A DNA stretch of 64,000 bases, from contig CM075989.1 of the NCBI GenBank assembly GCA_038087875.1, positions 2,666,001 to 2,730,000 on the forward strand, given 5' to 3'. The notes beneath the pieces were generated by a model that did not search any database, was not told the origin of the DNA, and saw only the letters and a program-made list of their open reading frames with translations. A program made the position numbers and the translations under genes. This stretch comes from Malacoraja senta (Eukaryota). Positions 11,269 through 23,260 of the stretch are shown here, one piece after another (position 1 is the stretch's first letter; every line of letters begins with the position of its first letter).

Positions 11269-13611
11269 GATTTAGTCTGCACATCAGGAGCGATAATGAT
11301 CAGCGGGACTGAAGGAGCTCCGAGCTTGCAAGCATTTACTGCACTGGTTGAGGTTTACAATAGCATTGATCATACATTGTCATCTCCTCCACCCACTCCC
11401 ATTACAGCCCACCTACACTCCATCCTATTCTCTCCTCTTCCTTTCTACATCCTTTCCCCCTCCACCCACCTTGTCATCTTCTGTTTCATTCATGATTAAA
11501 ATGTGTTTTTTCCTATGAATTGATTCTGCATTTTATTGAGCCACTTCAGAGGCTCTGCGTGGGATGTGGAGTTCACACTCGGGCCAAACTGAGAAGGAAC
11601 AACAGGTTCTCTGTCTGTGGGCACTGACAGCAAACTGATGTCAATCTGTTTTCCTTGTTGCTGACCAACAATTTCATTCTATACTCTTTCCGCTTCCACA
11701 GCTACATCCCTGCCCTGTTCTCCAACTCTGTCTTCAAGAGGGGGCGCAGCGGTAGAGTTGCTGCCTCACAATGCTTTCAGCGCCAGAGAAGCAGGTTCGA
11801 TCCCGACTATGGGTGCTGTCTGTACGGTGTTTGTACGTTCTCCTCGTGACCTGTGTGGGTTTTCACCTGGTGCTCCGGTTTCCTCCCAAGCTCCAAATAT
11901 GTACAGGTTTGGAGGTTAATTGGCTTGGTAAAAATGTAAATTGTTCCTAGTGTGTACGGTAGTGTTAATGTGTGGGGATCGCTGGTCAGTGCGGATTTGA
12001 TGGGCTGAAGGGCCTTTTTCAGCACCTATATTCTTGACACATTTTTCTCGCCATATTTTCATAAATGTCCCCCTTATTACACCACTTGCCTTTGTACAGT
12101 GACAATCCACAGTGACTGACTAACCTACAAGCCCACATGTCTTTGGAATATGGGAGGAAACCCCAGCACCAGGGGAAACCCACCCATTCAGAGGGAGAAC
12201 ACACGTGTTAATCACAGAAGCACAACAGGATCTGGAACCAAAAGTTGCACAAAAATCCTTGTCTTTCATGGAATCATAATCATAGAGGCACACAACACGT
12301 AAACAGGCCCTTCGGCCCAACTTGCCCATGAACACCAAAGTGCCCCATCAGCACTAGTCCCACCTGTCCACATTTGGCCCATATCCCTCGAAGCCTTTCC
12401 TATCCATGGACCAGTCTAAATGTCTTTAAAATGTTCAATGCTTTATCTGATCTTGGGCTCTAAGCCACATTCCTACCAGTTCATTATTACGTTTAATTCT
12501 CTTATATTTCCATTTCTATCTTATTAGACCACCAAGAACTGTAGTATTCAATGAAGATCACCTCTCCTTCTACCAAACTTCATCGACAATATGCCCAATA
12601 TCCCCAATCATACCTTCGAAACACACCCTTCATTCCTGAACATTTTCCCGTTGGAGAAAATATACACCTCTTTAAGTAAAAGGATCAACATTTCCATGGA
12701 GTAATTTGGTTTAGGTTAGTGATACAGCGCAGAAACAGGCCTTTCAGTCCACCAGGCCTGCACTAACCAGCAATCCCCGCATTAACGCTATCCTACACAC
12801 ACCAGAGACAATTGTTACATTTTTACAATTATACCAAGCCAATTGACCTACAAACCTGGACGTCTTTGGAGTGTGGGAGGAAACCGAAGATCTCGGGGGA
12901 AAACCCACGCAGGTCACGTGGAGAACGTACAAACTCCGCACAGACAAGCACCCGTTGGTTGGCGCTGACTCGGTGGGCCGAAGGGCCTGTTTCTGCGCTG
13001 TATCTCTAAATTTAACTAAAAAACTGGAGATAAATTAGTGTCTGGTTGCTATGTGTGTGGGATTTACACTTGCTGCATCCACACAGTTTTGCTCCTTCAA
13101 GTCCATTGACTCAATGTGTGGAACAAGAGAATAGTTGGCAGCCAAAACCCTCAAGCACAGTTAATGTCCATGACACACATGAATATTCCTTGCCATTCCC
13201 CTTGCTCGCTGTACAGGCCTTGCATAACTACTTGGTATTGCAATCTGCACAACTTCAACGTGTTTAACAAAAACACAAAGAGCCTTTTGTGTCTCCTAAT
13301 TTGGCACAAACGCACATTCCATTCCTATTTCAATGTTGAATTGGCTGAATTAATTAGTTTACACTCCAATTATTTCAAGTAAATATTAAATATTTGGCTG
13401 CACATTCCTTTATAAGGCTTGAGACTGGCAGCGCTGATTTCCAATCTGTGTCCACTGTCGCCTTCGAAAGGGCAGGCAATGAACACATCGATATCTAATA
13501 AAAATAGGGATAAAAACTTCACCCAAAATCTCTGCCAGTCATCACAAGGCACATAAAAATAAAATGAAATCTTCAATTTTGCTGGCAATTCAACGTAACA
13601 TCAGCAACTTG

Positions 13612-13925
13612 GGACGGCGCGGTGGTTCAGCGGTAGAGTTGCTGCTTAACAGCGCCAGGGACCCGGGTTCGATCCTGAATACGGGTGCTTCCTGTACGGA
13701 GTTTGTACGTTCTCCCTGTGACCGTGTGGGTTTTCTTTGAGTTCTTCAGTTTCCTCCCACACTCCAAAGACGTACAGGTTGATAGGTTAATCGGCTTGGT
13801 ATCATTGTAAATTGTCCCTAGTGTGTGTAGGATAGTTTTAATGTGCGGGATTCGCTGCTCGGTGAGGAGTCGGTGGGCTGAAGGGCCTGTTTCCGCACTG
13901 TTTCTCTTAACTAAACTAAACTAAA
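13612..13925 (+). mobile_element. Full-length tRNA-derived SINE (HE1/V-SINE-like)
   Basis: A and B boxes, body, (taaac)n tail. Confidence 0.9.
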
Positions 13926-15002
13926 ACGCTCTCACAAGACAGACACAATGGGCCAGTGGAGGACAATAACAGTTTCGCACGACTCAGAGAGCATTTACCA
14001 TGCCCAGAACAACTGCAAATTATCTCATCAATTATTCACATCTCTTCATTCAGTCTACATCTGTTGCTCTCAGCCCTCGTGGGACCAGAGTCTTGACATG
14101 GAGCTAACGTTTATTATTTTCTGTAACTCGGTTTGGATAGGTCAGCGTTTAATTTCTTTGGAAATTAAACAGAACTATTTCAAGGCCCCGTCAACAAACA
14201 ATGGCATGGTGGCGCAGCGGTAGAGTTGCTGCCTTACAACGCCAGAGACCCGGGTTCGATCCAGACTACGGGTGCTGTCTGTACGGAGATCGTATGTTCT
14301 CCAGGATCTCCGGTTTCCTCCCACACTCCAAAGACGTACAGGTTTGTATTCTGAGCCTGTGCCCTCTGGTCCCAGACTCTCCCACATCCACTCTGTACAG
14401 ACCTTTCAGTAGTTGGTAAGTTTCAATGAGGTCCCTCTTCATCCTTCTAAACTCAGCGAGTACAGGCCCAGTGCCATCAAACACTCACCACACGTTAACC
14501 CAATCATCCCCAGAATCATTCTTGTAAACCTCCTCTGGACCCTATCCAATGTCAGCTCTGATATGGGGCGCAAAACTGCTCACAATACTCCAAATGCGAT
14601 CTGATTAGTGCCTTATAAAGCCTTAGCATTACATCCCTGTTTTTATATTCGAGCCCTCTCCCAATAAATGCTAACATTGCATTTGTCTGAAGAAGGGTCC
14701 TGAACTGAAACATCACCTATCGATGTTCTCCAGAGATGCTGCCTGACCCATTGAGTTACTTCAGCAGTTTGTAGCTCTGGTTTGATCCCATTATAAGGCT
14801 TTTAATATTTTGATTTAATTGCTGTAATTTATGAAAGTTTCAATACCTTATTTGTAACCACAATTCTCATCTTGAATTTCATTTAGTTTTTATCCTAATT
14901 TGATCCATTGGGATTACTTGCTTTGCTGGTAATGATCTTCACTGCGCACACACACTTGAGCTTATGGCCACCTTACCACATTACAAACAACCTACTGTTT
15001 AA

Positions 15003-15358
15003 CAAGGAATTGCAGATGCTGGAAAATCGAAGGTAGACAAAAATGCTGGAGAAACTCAGCGGGTGAGGCAGCATCTATGGAGCGAAGGAAATAGGCAACG
15101 TTTCAGGTCGAAACCCTTCTTCAGACTGATGTGAGGGTGCAGGGGGGGGGGGGCGGGAGGAAGAAAGGAAGAGGTGGAGTCAGAGGGCTGAGGGGGAGCT
15201 GAGAAGGGGAGGAGAAAGTAAGGACTACCTGAAATTAGAGAAGTCAATGTTCATACCACTGGGGTGTAAACTGCCCAAGCGAAATATGAGGTGCTGCTCC
15301 TCCAATTTACGGTGGTCCTCACTCTGCCCATGGAGGAGGCCCACGACAAAAGGTCGGC
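15003..15358 (-). mobile_element. Penelope-like element 3' end (GIY-YIG C-terminus plus pseudo-LTR)
   Basis: Reverse strand encodes GLLH...RKLEEQHLIFRLGSLHPSGMNIDFSNFR, followed by the ctgaaga...gaaacgtt hammerhead-like motif. Confidence 0.8.
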
Positions 15359-15365
15359 CACTCAC

Positions 15366-16078
15366 TATGCGAACCCTCGGCAGTCGGGGGTAATAATAAT
15401 AATAATAATGGATGGGATTTATATAGCGCCTTTCTAATACTCAAGGCGCTTTACATCGCATTATTCATTCACTCCTCAGTCACACTCGGTGGTGGTGAGC
15501 TACTTCTGTAGCCACAGCTGCCCTGGGGCAGACTGACGGAAGCGTGGCTGCTAATCTGCGCCTACGGCCCCTCCGACCACCACCAATCACTCACACGCAT
15601 TCACACACATTCACACGCAGGCAAAGGTGGGTGAAGTGTCTTGCCCAAGGACACAACGACAGTATGCACTCCAAGCGGGATTCGAACCGGCTACCTTACG
15701 GTTGCCAGCCGAACACTTAGCCCATTGCGCCATCTGTCGTCCACGGGGGTAGGGTCACGTGACTGGGTAATGGCGGGAAGGAGTTGTCATGTGGTTTAGG
15801 ATTGTGGCCTAGTAATAAGTATTGAGCCCCGGGTCAGCCTTCCCCCATTCGTGTGTGTATTGTTCTCTTTACTTCAACAATACAGATCTCTTTGATTCAC
15901 CACGCGTGGCTTGCTTATTCGCCCGCCATATTGGTGACACCGACGATCCAAAACGGTCATTTTGGATTTCAATAATGTTTGCAGACAACGATCAACTTCA
16001 ACAGCCCGTGGTCGCTGACAATCCGGCCCAGCAGAACGCTGTCTCCCTGAAGCTGCCCGTATTCTGGACATCGCAACA
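15366..16078 (+). mobile_element. Gypsy LTR, tRNA-Trp-like PBS and truncated gag start (LTR interrupted by a SINE)
   Basis: LTR-like ends tatg (15366) and cata (15930); PBS tggtgacaccgacg at 15932-15945; ATG at 15975 leads to NAVSLKLPVFWTSQ, a Gypsy gag N-terminal motif. Confidence 0.7.
15393..15743 (-). mobile_element. Second tRNA-derived SINE family, L2-tailed
   Basis: Reverse strand has A box tggcgcaatgg, B box ggttcgaatcc, gtgtccttgggcaagacactt body and tail tgtaaagcgccttgag...aggcgctatataaat(att)n; 8-bp TSD cgggggta at 15385-15392 and 15744-15751. Confidence 0.85.
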
Positions 16079-17171
16079 TTTAGTGCAACGTAAAGTCCAG
16101 TAAAGTCTAATCAGAAAATAGTCCAAGGGTCTCCAATGAGGTAGACAGTGGCTCAGGACTGCTCTCTAGTTTAGTTTAGGTTACTTCAGTGATACAGTGT
16201 AGAAGCAGATCCTTCACACTCTAGGGACAATGTTTTTACATTTTACACATATATATATACCTAGCCAATTAGCCTACAGACCTGTACGTCTTTGGAGTGT
16301 GGGAGGAAACCGAAGATTTTGGAGAAAACCACGGTGGGAACGTACAAACTCCGTGCAGACAAGCACCCGTGGTCAGGATCAGACCCGGGTCTGTGGCTGC
16401 AGCTCTACCATTGCGCCACCGTGCCGCACACATGTGATGGGCCTAAAGGTCTGTTACTGTGCTGTACAACTCTGACTAAAGATAGAACAGAGTGGATGTC
16501 AAGAGACTCAGAATTATGGCTGGAGACACATTTGGTAACGTTGTACTAAAGGGCAGCAAAACTAGGTGGACCACAAATTCTTCAGTTAAAATGGAAGACA
16601 GCCCAGGGTAAGGTCCGCACCTGTTCAATAACACTGAGACCAACTCGGGCTTTGATCTGAGCACCTCCACCTCCTGAGGCCATCACCCCTGATCTCCACG
16701 TCCTTCCAGCAAATCTCTTGAGACAACACACAAAGCGGATCCTTGCCCAACTCCAGATTAATCAGGAACCTTTTGTTTACCCATCTGTTGAATATCTCTG
16801 TGCCAATGATGTCCACATGAGCATATGTGCCTGTTTCCGTGCTGCATCACTCAGTCAGACCCAACTGCAAACTGTCTCCACAAACTCCATTTGTAAATGT
16901 GTGTGATATTCTGCCATACACCTTCACCTGGCCCAAGCTGACCGAGCACATGTTCACCGTTGTGTCTGTATGGGGGTCATTGTATTCATGTGTAGGAAGG
17001 AACTGCAGATGCTGGTTTACACAGTATAAAGTTGTGGGATATCTTCCTGACCCTGCCACAATGCAGAGTGATATTGTACAGAGTCTGGCGATCCACGAGC
17101 TGTAGTGAGATGGGTCCCCTATTTCTAATCTCTTCCCTTACCCGTTCTCCTTGTAGACCACCCCATATCGC

Positions 17172-17400
17172 TGATGAAAGATACAAAGAGCAGGAGTAAC
17201 TCAACGGGTCAGGCAGCATCTCCGGAGAGAAGGAATGAGTGACGTTTGGGGTCGAGACCCTTCGTCAGACTCAGACTTCTTGGTCTCGACCCGAAACATC
17301 ACCTATTCCTTCTCTCCAGAGATGCTGCCTGTCCCGCTGAGTTACAGCTTTTTGAGTCTATCTTTGGTTTAAACCAGCATCAGTAGTTCCTCCCTACACA
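17172..17400. mobile_element. Fold-back Penelope-derived mini-element
   Basis: Inverted arms meet at the hammerhead-like motif; flanked by ccatatcgc at 17163-17171 and 17401-17409. Confidence 0.75.
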
Positions 17401-18068
17401 CCATATCGCCAGCTCCACAGAGCAAGCTTTGTAAGAATGATCGCAAGCTAATCAGGCAATGGGCTGCAGGCTGAGTCCTGAGTAACCAGGAGGTTGTGTA
17501 TCCTGTCAGATGTCTCCCAGACCAGCTTGTTAAAAATATCACTAAAACCATCCAGCAAGCACCAGTACTTTGGCTGGTGGTGAGAAGGGTATATCCTTCA
17601 TACCCACTTGGAGATTCAACAACAATACCCTCAAGGCTGTAGGGAGGATCAGATAATCATCCATCTCCTTCTGGGATGTCCATCTGTCGACAAAGTCTAC
17701 AGCAGAATGCAGTGATCTTGGCCAAGCTTCATCTTGAGCAGTTGGATAGCACAGGACATTGATGAAGGGATAGAAAGCTACAGCATGGAAACAGGCCCGT
17801 CTATGCTAGCCCACATTTGCATCCACTCTCTGCACACTACAGGCAACTTTACTGAGGCCTTTGGGATGTGGGAGGAAAGTGGAGCAACCAGAGGAAAGCT
17901 ACACAGTCAGACAGGGAGAACATGCAAACTCCACACAGAGAACACCCAATGCAGGATCGAACCCGGGTATCTGGTGGTGTGAGGCAGCGGCTTTACCAGC
18001 TGTGCCACCCTGCTGCCTTCGTTCCATGGCCTTCTCCCAGCTACATACACTGACGGTTGCTGGAACAT

Positions 18069-18300
18069 GTGTATGAAGGAACTGCAGATGCTGGTTTATA
18101 CCAAAAATAAACACAAAAAACTGGAGTAACTCAGCAGGACAGGCAGCGTCTCTGGAGAGAAGGAATGAGTGACGTTTCGGGTTGAGATCCTTCTTCAGAC
18201 TAGTGGGAAGAAGGGTCTTGACCCGACACATCACCCATTCCTTCTCTCCAGGGATGCTGCCTGTCCCGCTGAGTTACTCCAGCTTTTGGTGCCTATCTTT
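18069..18300. mobile_element. Fold-back Penelope-derived mini-element
   Basis: Inverted arms; 14-bp TSD with 2 mismatches at 18055-18068 and 18301-18314. Confidence 0.8.
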
Positions 18301-18589
18301 GGCTGCTGAAACATTAGCATCTTGGTGCCAAGTCACACTTTGATCTGGCTGAAAGTAGTTTGTCTCTGAGCTGCCCTCGACTGAATTCAAAGGTTAAGGA
18401 CAATGTGCGGCGGGATGCCCTGCAAGTTGCAGCAGTGGCCACACTGGTCCATGGTGAAGAGACACAGTAGAACATCTCCCAACACGACATACAAGGCATT
18501 TGGAACGGGCGTAAGAACCCTGGGATACAGCTCTCATGGAATGAAGAATGTATATCATGCTAAAATATCACAAATCTTGCAAGCAAATG

Positions 18590-19011
18590 AAACATGCCCA
18601 GTCCATCATCGGCTCTGACCTCCCCACCATCGCAGGGATCTATCGCAGTCGCTGCCTCAAAAACCCTGCCAATATCAACAAAGACCCACACCATCCTGGC
18701 CACGCACTCATCTCTCCGCTGCCATCGGGAAGAAGGTACAGGAGCTTGAAATCTGGAACATCCAGGTTCAGGAACAGCTGCTTCCCCACAGCCATCAGGC
18801 TATTAAACTCGCCATCAAACAATCTCTATTGCACTTTATCTGGTTATTTATTGTGTATATACAGTATACGGTCTATGGTCTATAGACACACTGAACTTTT
18901 ATCTCCTGTTCTGTATTATGTTTACATATTCTGTTGTGTTGCAGCAAGTAAGAATGTCATTGTCCTATCTGGGACACATGACAATAAATACTCTCTTGAC
19001 TCTTGACTTGA
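18590..19011 (+). mobile_element. Rex1/Babar LINE 3' fragment
   Basis: AQSIIGSDLP...KDPHHPGHALISPLPSGRRYRSLKSGTSRFRNSCFPTAIRLLN; tail tgacaataaa(cttga)n. Confidence 0.85.
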
Positions 19012-19187
19012 ACATGTGTAATTATGTGAATGGTAGCATTGAATAATAGTGAGTGATAATCTTTACAAATTTTATGAATTAAGTATATTTTTGAAAAGAA
19101 CAGTCCTAGCCATACCAGGGTCAACCCAATTCTGCAAAGAAATAATGAACAACTTTACATGTTATCAGAACTACTGTGCTTCCTAAT

Positions 19188-19371
19188 GGGCCTGTCCCAC
19201 TTAGGCGATTTTTTTGGGTGACTACAGGCGACTGCCGAAAACATTTTCAATGTTGAAAATTTTTTGCCGACAGTGGCGACAATTTTTGCTGTCGTAGGTT
19301 GTCGCCAGGTGAATTCCATTAAAACTGGTCCCTGGCAGTCGCCTAAAGAGTCGCCTAAGTGGGACAGGCCC
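19188..19371. mobile_element. PIF/Harbinger-type MITE (184 bp)
   Basis: 21-bp perfect TIR gggcctgtcccacttaggcga; TSD not clean; a related copy lies at 49690-49870. Confidence 0.8.
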
Positions 19372-20295
19372 TAGATGTGTGTGTTCAGGGTGTGAGGATT
19401 GAGTTTGCAGTTCGGGGATAAGAATGAGATAATGGCTGGCCGAATACAAACAACATTTACATGGATGTTCCATATTCCACTGAGCCTGTCAGACCTCACA
19501 CCTCTAACGACACAATGCCTTGAGAAACCAGAGACTACTTCAATTTAGCAGAAACTGAACTTGCAGTGGAAACCCATTAGCCGGAATAATATTCCTCGAT
19601 ATCTTGTAATTGCGGCTTGCCTTAGGCTGCCTCCATTATTAACAAACACCTGCCCACTTCGGGCTCCGACTAAATTATTCAAATGCAGCATTTCTTTGCT
19701 GAAATAATCAGAGCCGCTGTCTTCCGCAGATGTTTCTGCTCCCGAGCCCAGTCTCAGCTTCCTGGTGAATTAGAAGGATAAAACGAGTTAAAGTCCTGTC
19801 CAGTCAGCAGAGGTGATGTGACAGCTCTGTAAACACGTGGCCCCCAGGATTTCCCTTGCCTGATCTTCCCATTGTGTTGCTCCACATTACAACAATAATA
19901 TGCATCGTGAACACCCGGCTTAAAGCTTCCTACAGCTCAACTCTACAGAGTTGTGGGAACACAAACTGAGGCTGGGTTGGCAGTGGGAGTGAAAGGGGGA
20001 GAGTGGGTGAGGACCAGTGATCACACCAGGAGGAACAGCACCTCAAATTTCACCTGGGCAGCTTACCACCCAGCAGTAATGAATATTGACTTCTTTAACC
20101 TCATCACCCTTGTTTTTCCATCTCTCTCCATCCCTCCCCCATCCTAGATCTTTGAACAATTTTATCTTTGTCTGCCTCGTTGTCCCCTTCCCCTAGCTAA
20201 CAATGATACGTTCTACATTTTCCCTGAACTTTGTCCCCTTTGATCTCTTGTTTTCACACCTTATCGCTGTGTCTCCCTCTTCCCTGACACTCAGT

Positions 20296-20323
20296 CTGAA
20301 GAAGGGTCTCGACCCGAAACGTC
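20296..20323 (+). ncRNA. Minimal hammerhead ribozyme-like motif in a Penelope pseudo-LTR
   Basis: CUGAAGA core, stem II GGGU-(CUCG)-ACCC, then GAAAC-GUC; located in Penelope remnant 19985-20390. Confidence 0.65.
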
Positions 20324-20816
20324 ACACATTCCTTCTCCCCAGAGATCCTGCCTGTCCCGCTGAGTTACTCCAGCATTCCGTGCCTATCTTAGGTGATCAC
20401 ACCCATCTATCTTGCAATGACAATACACAAGCTGATGGAATTAGAGGAAAAGGAACAACCATTCAGCTTCTCAAATCTAATCGAGAACACTTAGATCAAA
20501 GCCGGTCAGTGTAATATCACAATTCACTTGCCAGCTTTCATAACCTCCAGTACTCTTGATTATAAAATAAAGCTTTCAGTTATAGTTTTCAAATTTTCAA
20601 TTGAAGTAGAACGAGCATTTGTCGTAACTTCCATTTGATTTTCACTTGCTATACTGGAAACCTTTGGATGAAAGGGAATCCACAGGAAGCCAAGGGTTGA
20701 GCCAAATGCCTGGGGCTTGGAAAATTGGAGCCTTTCTGTCAATTCACGGAATTGAATGAGGTTCAATGAGGAGTGCAGGGCATTCAGAGGTAGCACACGG
20801 CACACCTAAACATGTG

Positions 20817-21089
20817 TTCAAGAAGGAACTGCAGATGCTGGAAAATCGAAGGTAGACAAAAGTGCTGGAGAAACTCAGCGGGTGCAGCAGCATCTATGGA
20901 GCGAAGGAAATAGGCAACGTTTCGGGCCGAAACCCTGAAGGAAATAGGCAACGTTTCGGGCCGAAACCCTGAAGGAAATAGGCAACGTTTCGGGACGAAA
21001 CCCGGAAGGGTTTCGGGCCGAAATGTTGCCTATTTCCTTCGCTCCATAGATGCTGCTGCACCCGCTGAGTTTCTCCAGCACTTTTGTCT
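20817..21089. mobile_element. Fold-back Penelope-derived mini-element with an internal triple 34-bp tandem
   Basis: 85-bp inverted arms at 20852-20936 and 21007-21091; 15-bp direct repeat acacctaaacatgtg at 20802-20816 and 21090-21104. Confidence 0.85.
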
Positions 21090-21121
21090 ACACCTAAACA
21101 TGTGACTAGCTGGTGAGGGTA

Positions 21122-22083
21122 GGAGCCGCCATCTTGGAGGAACGGCTGCTAAACAGAATAAACAGCAGCCGTCCGTCAAATTCACTTTTTCTTTAGTTTT
21201 AGCTTTTTTTATTTCTCTGTTTGTTTGGGGAATTTTGACTTTTAATGTGGGGGGGTAAGGGGGAAACTATTTCTGGGTCCCTACCTGGTCGGTGAGGCAG
21301 CTTTTTCTCCGGGCTGCCTCGTCGACCCGTCCTCGTGGCCTACCAGCGGGCATGGAGCGCCGTTTCCTGACGGGGACCGCCCAGCACCTTCAGCTTCGGT
21401 GGCGGCACAGCGCTGGGGCGCTATCGTGGAGCGTAGCGGGCGATGCCTTGCCTGGGTCACCGCGCTGGATCGACGCGCTGGAGCTCCGGTATGCGTTGAC
21501 CGCCGACACCAACACCTCCGGGCTGCGGGTCTGCGGAGCGACCAGCCGCGGGCGGCGGCGCCGACTTTAACATCGGGAACCTCGTGGCTCCAACTCGGCG
21601 CGGCCCTGTCGGCTTCAGGTGCCATGGACTCCGCTGGGAAACCGGCCGTTCCAGCCGCTGTGAGGACTCTCCCGACGGCCAGGAACATCGGGCCTCCGTA
21701 GAGGCAACTGTGGTGGCCTCGATGGGCCTGACTCTGGGGAGAACTGGCTTGGGGACTGGACATTGTGCCTTCCCCCACAGTGGTGGTCATTGTGGGGGGA
21801 TGATTTTGTGTGCTGTGCCTGTTAGTCTGTGTGCAAGATGGCGGTCGGAGGGGAGAGTGGACGTTGGCGCGGATTGGTCGCCGCTGCTCTCTCCTCAAAT
21901 TGTGTTTCTTATTTTCTTTTTGTGCTTTTGAAATTGAATTCTGTCCTTGATTTGTGTACTGTGGTGTTTTTATATTTGATTTATTCCGATTATGTGTTTT
22001 GTATGTTTGTGATTCTGTGCCTTGTAAGGTGTCCTTGGGTTTTAGAAAGGCGCCAGTAAATAAAATGAATTATTATTATTATT
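21122..22083 (+). mobile_element. ~960-bp non-autonomous retroelement with L2-type tail
   Basis: Starts ggagccgccatcttgg, GC-rich body, ends tgtaaggtgtccttggg...aaggcgccagtaaataaaatga(att)n; paralogue at 5332-6284. Confidence 0.8.
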
Positions 22084-22144
22084 AACTCCGGACCACATAA
22101 CAAACACGTGAGATCAAAGCTCTGCAGTCCTATCGCATCCTTAT

Positions 22145-22432
22145 AGTTCAGTTTAGTTTGGAGATACAGCATGGAAACAGGCCCTTCTGCCCAAAGAGTC
22201 CGTACTGACCAGCGATCCACGTACACTAGCACTATCCCTCAAACACTAGGGACAGTTTACAATTATACCAAGCTGATTATCCTACAAACATGTACATCTG
22301 TGGAGTGTGAGAGAAAATCTACGCAGGTTACAGGGAGAACGTGCAAACTCCACACAGACAGCAGCTGTAGTCAGGATCGAACCCGGGTCTCTGGCGCTGT
22401 GAGGCAGCAACTCTACCACTGCGCCGCCATGC
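22145..22432 (-). mobile_element. tRNA-derived SINE (HE1/V-SINE-like)
   Basis: Reverse-complement match over head, body and tail. Confidence 0.8.
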
Positions 22433-23019
22433 CTGTATATATGTATATGTATACGTATAGTATATGTATATGATGTATATACATATGTAATGTGTATGTA
22501 AATTATATCTAGTCATAGATGATGGTGGCAATTGAACAGCTGACCAGACGAGGAGTTTCCAAGGACATCCTCAACTTCAAAGATGGAAGGAGGGGACTAC
22601 AGCAGCAGAGAAGGTGAAGGGAGTGCCCCAGAAGATAGATCTTCCTGAATGAAGTCTGACAGTGACATTGGAAGCCCTTGAGTGGATGCAGGGAGAACCT
22701 TTCTATCTTGGGACAGACCATAATTCTACCAAGAAATATGATCAGGAGTTCAGAAGAATTTTTTTTTAACTAAAGACTGATAGGAAAGTGTAATCCACTC
22801 CACAAGGAATGGTTGACATGAATAGTGTAGAGACATTTAAGAGGAGATTTAGCAAGCATGTGAGATTAAAGGGAAGAGGGACACAGAGAAATGGAGGAAG
22901 ATAAATAGGAGACTGGAGTGAGGCGGAAATAGCAACTGATGCTGTATATGCTGTACTAGGAACAAAGCAGAGAAAGGCAGCAAACTGGTTTGAAGTAATG
23001 TGGAACATGTCATCAAACA

Positions 23020-23260
23020 GTATGGAAGGAACTGCAGATGCTGGTTTACACCGAAGAGACACAAAATGCTGGAGTAACTCAGCGGCACAGGCAGCATCTC
23101 TGGAGAGGAATAGGTGACGGTTTGGGTTGAGACCCTTCTTCAGTCTGAGAGTCTGACGAAGGGTCTCAGTCTGAAGAAAGGTCTTGACCCGAAATGTCAC
23201 CCATTCCTTCTCTCCAGAGATTCTGTTCTGTCCCGCTGAGTTACTCCAGCATTTTGTGCC
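23020..23260. mobile_element. Fold-back Penelope-derived mini-element
   Basis: Inverted arms with partly duplicated gtctga.gaa.ggtct hammerhead segments at the centre. Confidence 0.75.

Noticed and set aside
17420..18460. Coding-like unique sequence as host exons
   Set aside because: Fragments resemble a heavily decayed Tx1/L1 ORF2 C-terminus (WLVVRR; SKVKDNVRRDAL) interrupted by younger repeats.
21278..21295. U1 snRNA-derived head (cctacctggtc)
   Set aside because: Similarity is limited to about 8 nt and no further U1 sequence is evident.
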